Both the position numbers and the translations under genes were made by a program. From Takakia lepidozioides (lineage: Eukaryota > Plantae > Bryophyta): a DNA stretch of 64,000 nt. Within the stretch, counting starts at the first letter, position 1. Each line of letters starts with the position of its first letter. The notes beneath the pieces were generated by a model. That model was not told the DNA's origin and ran no database searches. It saw nothing but the letters and a program-made list of their open reading frames with translations. The DNA lies in contig CM060732.1 in the NCBI GenBank assembly GCA_030704615.1, forward strand, positions 82,088,001 through 82,152,000. The letters run 5' to 3'. Positions 63,878 to 64,000 of this stretch are shown here, piece after piece.

Positions 63878-64000
63878 GCCATGCACGACATAAACAAGTA
63901 AGTTACCAACATTATTCCCGTTCCAGTCTGCGTTTCCACAATTTGAAATCATCTTATGAGTTGAAGGTTTTTCCAGGTCCAATGAAACCTCCCATGTGAC
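63878..64000 (+). repeat. Inverted near-identical copy of 483-605 (ParB-like gene exon-intron-exon)
   Basis: 122 of 123 nt match the reverse complement of 483-605. Confidence 0.95.

Overview
Repeat-rich, intron-containing eukaryotic DNA, most likely from a non-seed land plant (inferred from PLS-type PPR fragments, organellar OSB-type PDF motifs, and CACTA/gypsy/copia/piggyBac/LINE debris). The one intact host gene is a 3-exon nodulin-like/NFD4-type MFS transporter (32442-34828, +). Almost everything else is nested, mostly decayed mobile DNA. Highlights: (1) a Ty3/gypsy element (40836-53810) with a C5-cytosine DNA methyltransferase domain between protease and RT and a PHD finger after the integrase; (2) a spliced beta-class amino(N6A/N4C)-methyltransferase-like gene (~14905-21660) that is only visible after removing an inserted CACTA element, lying beside a GCM-like Zn-finger ORF and two clusters of a 28-bp palindrome; (3) a spliced ParB/Sulfiredoxin-like gene at the left edge, with a near-identical inverted fragment at the right edge close to a CACTA transposase; (4) two TIR/TSD-delimited non-autonomous CACTA copies carrying shuffled OSB-PDF (and, in one copy, PPR) gene fragments. 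All domain calls come from motif reading, not database searches.
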